DNA of 61,530 nucleotides from Halocafeteria seosinensis (lineage: Eukaryota). Position 1 is the first letter of the stretch. The number at the start of each line of letters is the position of its first letter. Below, in pieces: positions 60,039 to 61,530 of this stretch. Made by a program: the position numbers and the translations under genes. The DNA lies in assembly GCA_001687465.1 (NCBI GenBank), contig LVLI01000366.1, positions 1 to 61,530 of the forward strand, written 5' to 3'. The notes below the pieces were generated by a model. That model ran no database searches, was not told where the DNA came from, and saw only the letters and a list, made by a program, of their open reading frames with translations.

Positions 60039-61530
60039 TCATTCGATTTCACTCTCATGAATGTAGTGACTACCACCTTCGCACCTGTAATACCCGTTTC
60101 CAATTGCTGTCCATGAATACGACATGGGACATTTTCCAAGTCGTTTCAACTTTTCTTGTCGACGTTGTTCTTCGTCCTCGTTACCGTCTTCCTTCCCCTG
60201 CTTGTTGGTTTCTACATTATTTTGATCTTGATTTTCAGTCTCACTCTCACCTTCTTGTACTGCAGGAATATTGTGACGCGGAGGACGAAGAACAATGTTC
60301 TCTTCATCTTCTTCATCTCGGTTCATGACAACGTCAAACGGAAACTTCTCAGCAAGAGACGCGGGTGGACTACCTACTCGCTCTTCTAAGAATTCTTTCA
60401 TCCCCAGGCGTACGTCGTCACAAGTAATGGTCGGAATGGCTTCTTGTTCAGCATAAGCCCTTTCTGATCTCCGAGGGAGCACTTTATGGTGATAACACGT
60501 ATTTGAGTCTCTAGCGTTGGCCCATCCCGGACGTCGGCGAAGTTCCTCAAAGCTACTTTCTAACATACCCGCAGCGTCAGTCTCAACCACGAAACCGTCC
60601 TTCTCTGCGAGTGATAAAAAATGGTTTGTACAATCCTTCGCTGTCCAGTCCGGGAATTCGATCTCTTCAGTAAAACGGCTCCTCAAGCCACTATTTCGTC
60701 GCAACATGTCATGCATAGCATCGCGATATCCCGCAATAATTATCACTGTTTTATCCGCATATTCTTCGGCAGTCATTAACTCCACTAGTTTAGCAAGTGC
60801 CTCCAATCCATACGTGCCTTTGCCCAATTGGTATGCCTCATCGATGAACAAGACTCCTCCTCGCGCTTGGGCTAACTTGGTTTTTACTAGTTCTTTTGCT
60901 TCCCCTATCACCGAGCCACATAGATCAGCAGCCGTGGTTTCAATCACTTCCGCTCGTAGGATTAACTGAAGATCCTTTAGCATCTGACCCATGCATCGGG
61001 CCACTGTCGTCTTGCCAGTCCCTGGAGAACCAACATAGATGTAGTGTCTACTAGTTACAGTTCTTCCTTCCCGGCGTTGTACCTCCAAATGCTTCCTCTC
61101 GGATTCAAGCCGACGAACTATGTAGTCCGATCCTTGGAGAGCTCTCAACGGAGCCAACGGGTCGTATGAAGAAGTCCCCTCCTTGGGAATATCTTTGGCG
61201 GCATCTACGGGCCCGATATCCTCGACACTGAGTGTACGTTTCTCAGAAGGGTTGACACTCCCTTCCGCATTTCGGATTCTGGCATTCATCCGTACTTTTG
61301 CTACGCTGAGCAAATTTCGTACAGCTCCAGCGTTTCCAAAGTTGCCAAGTTGTCGCTGATTCCTCAAATGCTCCACCGCTTTGCGAAGTACCGGCAGAGA
61401 TAATGTTAATTGCTCCTCGGTACAATAGGTTTGCAGAATAGTCGCTAAGGCAGCGTCGTCGTAGTCGTCGAAAATGAATGCACTGCTTGGGTTAAAGCGT
61501 CGCGCCAGACCAGGGTTCTGATCCCTGAGC
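60039..61530 (-). CDS. C-terminal part of a multi-domain CbbX/SpoVK-type AAA+ ATPase (5' end outside the window)
   Basis: GSPGTGKTTVAR, GGVLFIDEAY, NSGLRSRF, WANAR; end of a preceding AAA module (NPGLARRF, FDDY, FGNAGAVRNL); C-terminal CPMSYSW...YRCEGGSH. Confidence 0.88.
   Translation of the reverse strand, partial: LRDQNPGLARRFNPSSAFIFDDYDDAALATILQTYCTEEQLTLSLPVLRKAVEHLRNQRQLGNFGNAGAVRNLLSVAKVRMNARIRNAEGSVNPSEKRTLSVEDIGPVDAAKDIPKEGTSSYDPLAPLRALQGSDYIVRRLESERKHLEVQRREGRTVTSRHYIYVGSPGTGKTTVARCMGQMLKDLQLILRAEVIETTAADLCGSVIGEAKELVKTKLAQARGGVLFIDEAYQLGKGTYGLEALAKLVELMTAEEYADKTVIIIAGYRDAMHDMLRRNSGLRSRFTEEIEFPDWTAKDCTNHFLSLAEKDGFVVETDAAGMLESSFEELRRRPGWANARDSNTCYHHKVLPRRSERAYAEQEAIPTITCDDVRLGMKEFLEERVGSPPASLAEKFPFDVVMNRDEEDEENIVLRPPRHNIPAVQEGESETENQDQNNVETNKQGKEDGNEDEEQRRQEKLKRLGKCPMSYSWTAIGNGYYRCEGGSHYIHESEIE

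Noticed and set aside
1..61530. CRISPR array, rRNA or prokaryotic operon
   Set aside because: No regularly spaced repeats or rRNA motifs; genes have spliceosomal introns.

Overview
Eukaryotic genomic DNA from a flagellated protist (short ~55-100 nt GT-AG introns, standard code, outer-arm dynein; stramenopile-like by impression only). Two dense housekeeping blocks: ~1.5-20.9 kb (CstF64, DUS1, SDHAF1, ARP1/centractin, outer-arm dynein gamma heavy chain) and ~30-41.6 kb (tRNA-Ala, small EF-hand protein, two-pore channel, NPL4, coiled-coil protein, GLUT-like transporter). They alternate with two accessory blocks rich in decayed transposons. The 21-30 kb block holds a Ty3/gypsy RNase H relic, a chromodomain-carrying 3'-anchored repeat family with a (TG)n tail, a second family with a (TAC)n tail, a pogo-like DD36D transposase relic followed by a chromodomain, and a secreted protein with a prokaryote-type C-terminal domain. 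The 42-61.5 kb block holds a secreted protein with three tandem ~220-aa repeats I cannot assign, a Penelope-like RT relic, an intronless putative glycan-modifying cluster (GT-like pseudogene, epimerase-GT fusion, HS6ST-like sulfotransferase) and the 3' end of a CbbX/SpoVK-type AAA+ gene. All calls come from reading motifs by eye; no searches were run.
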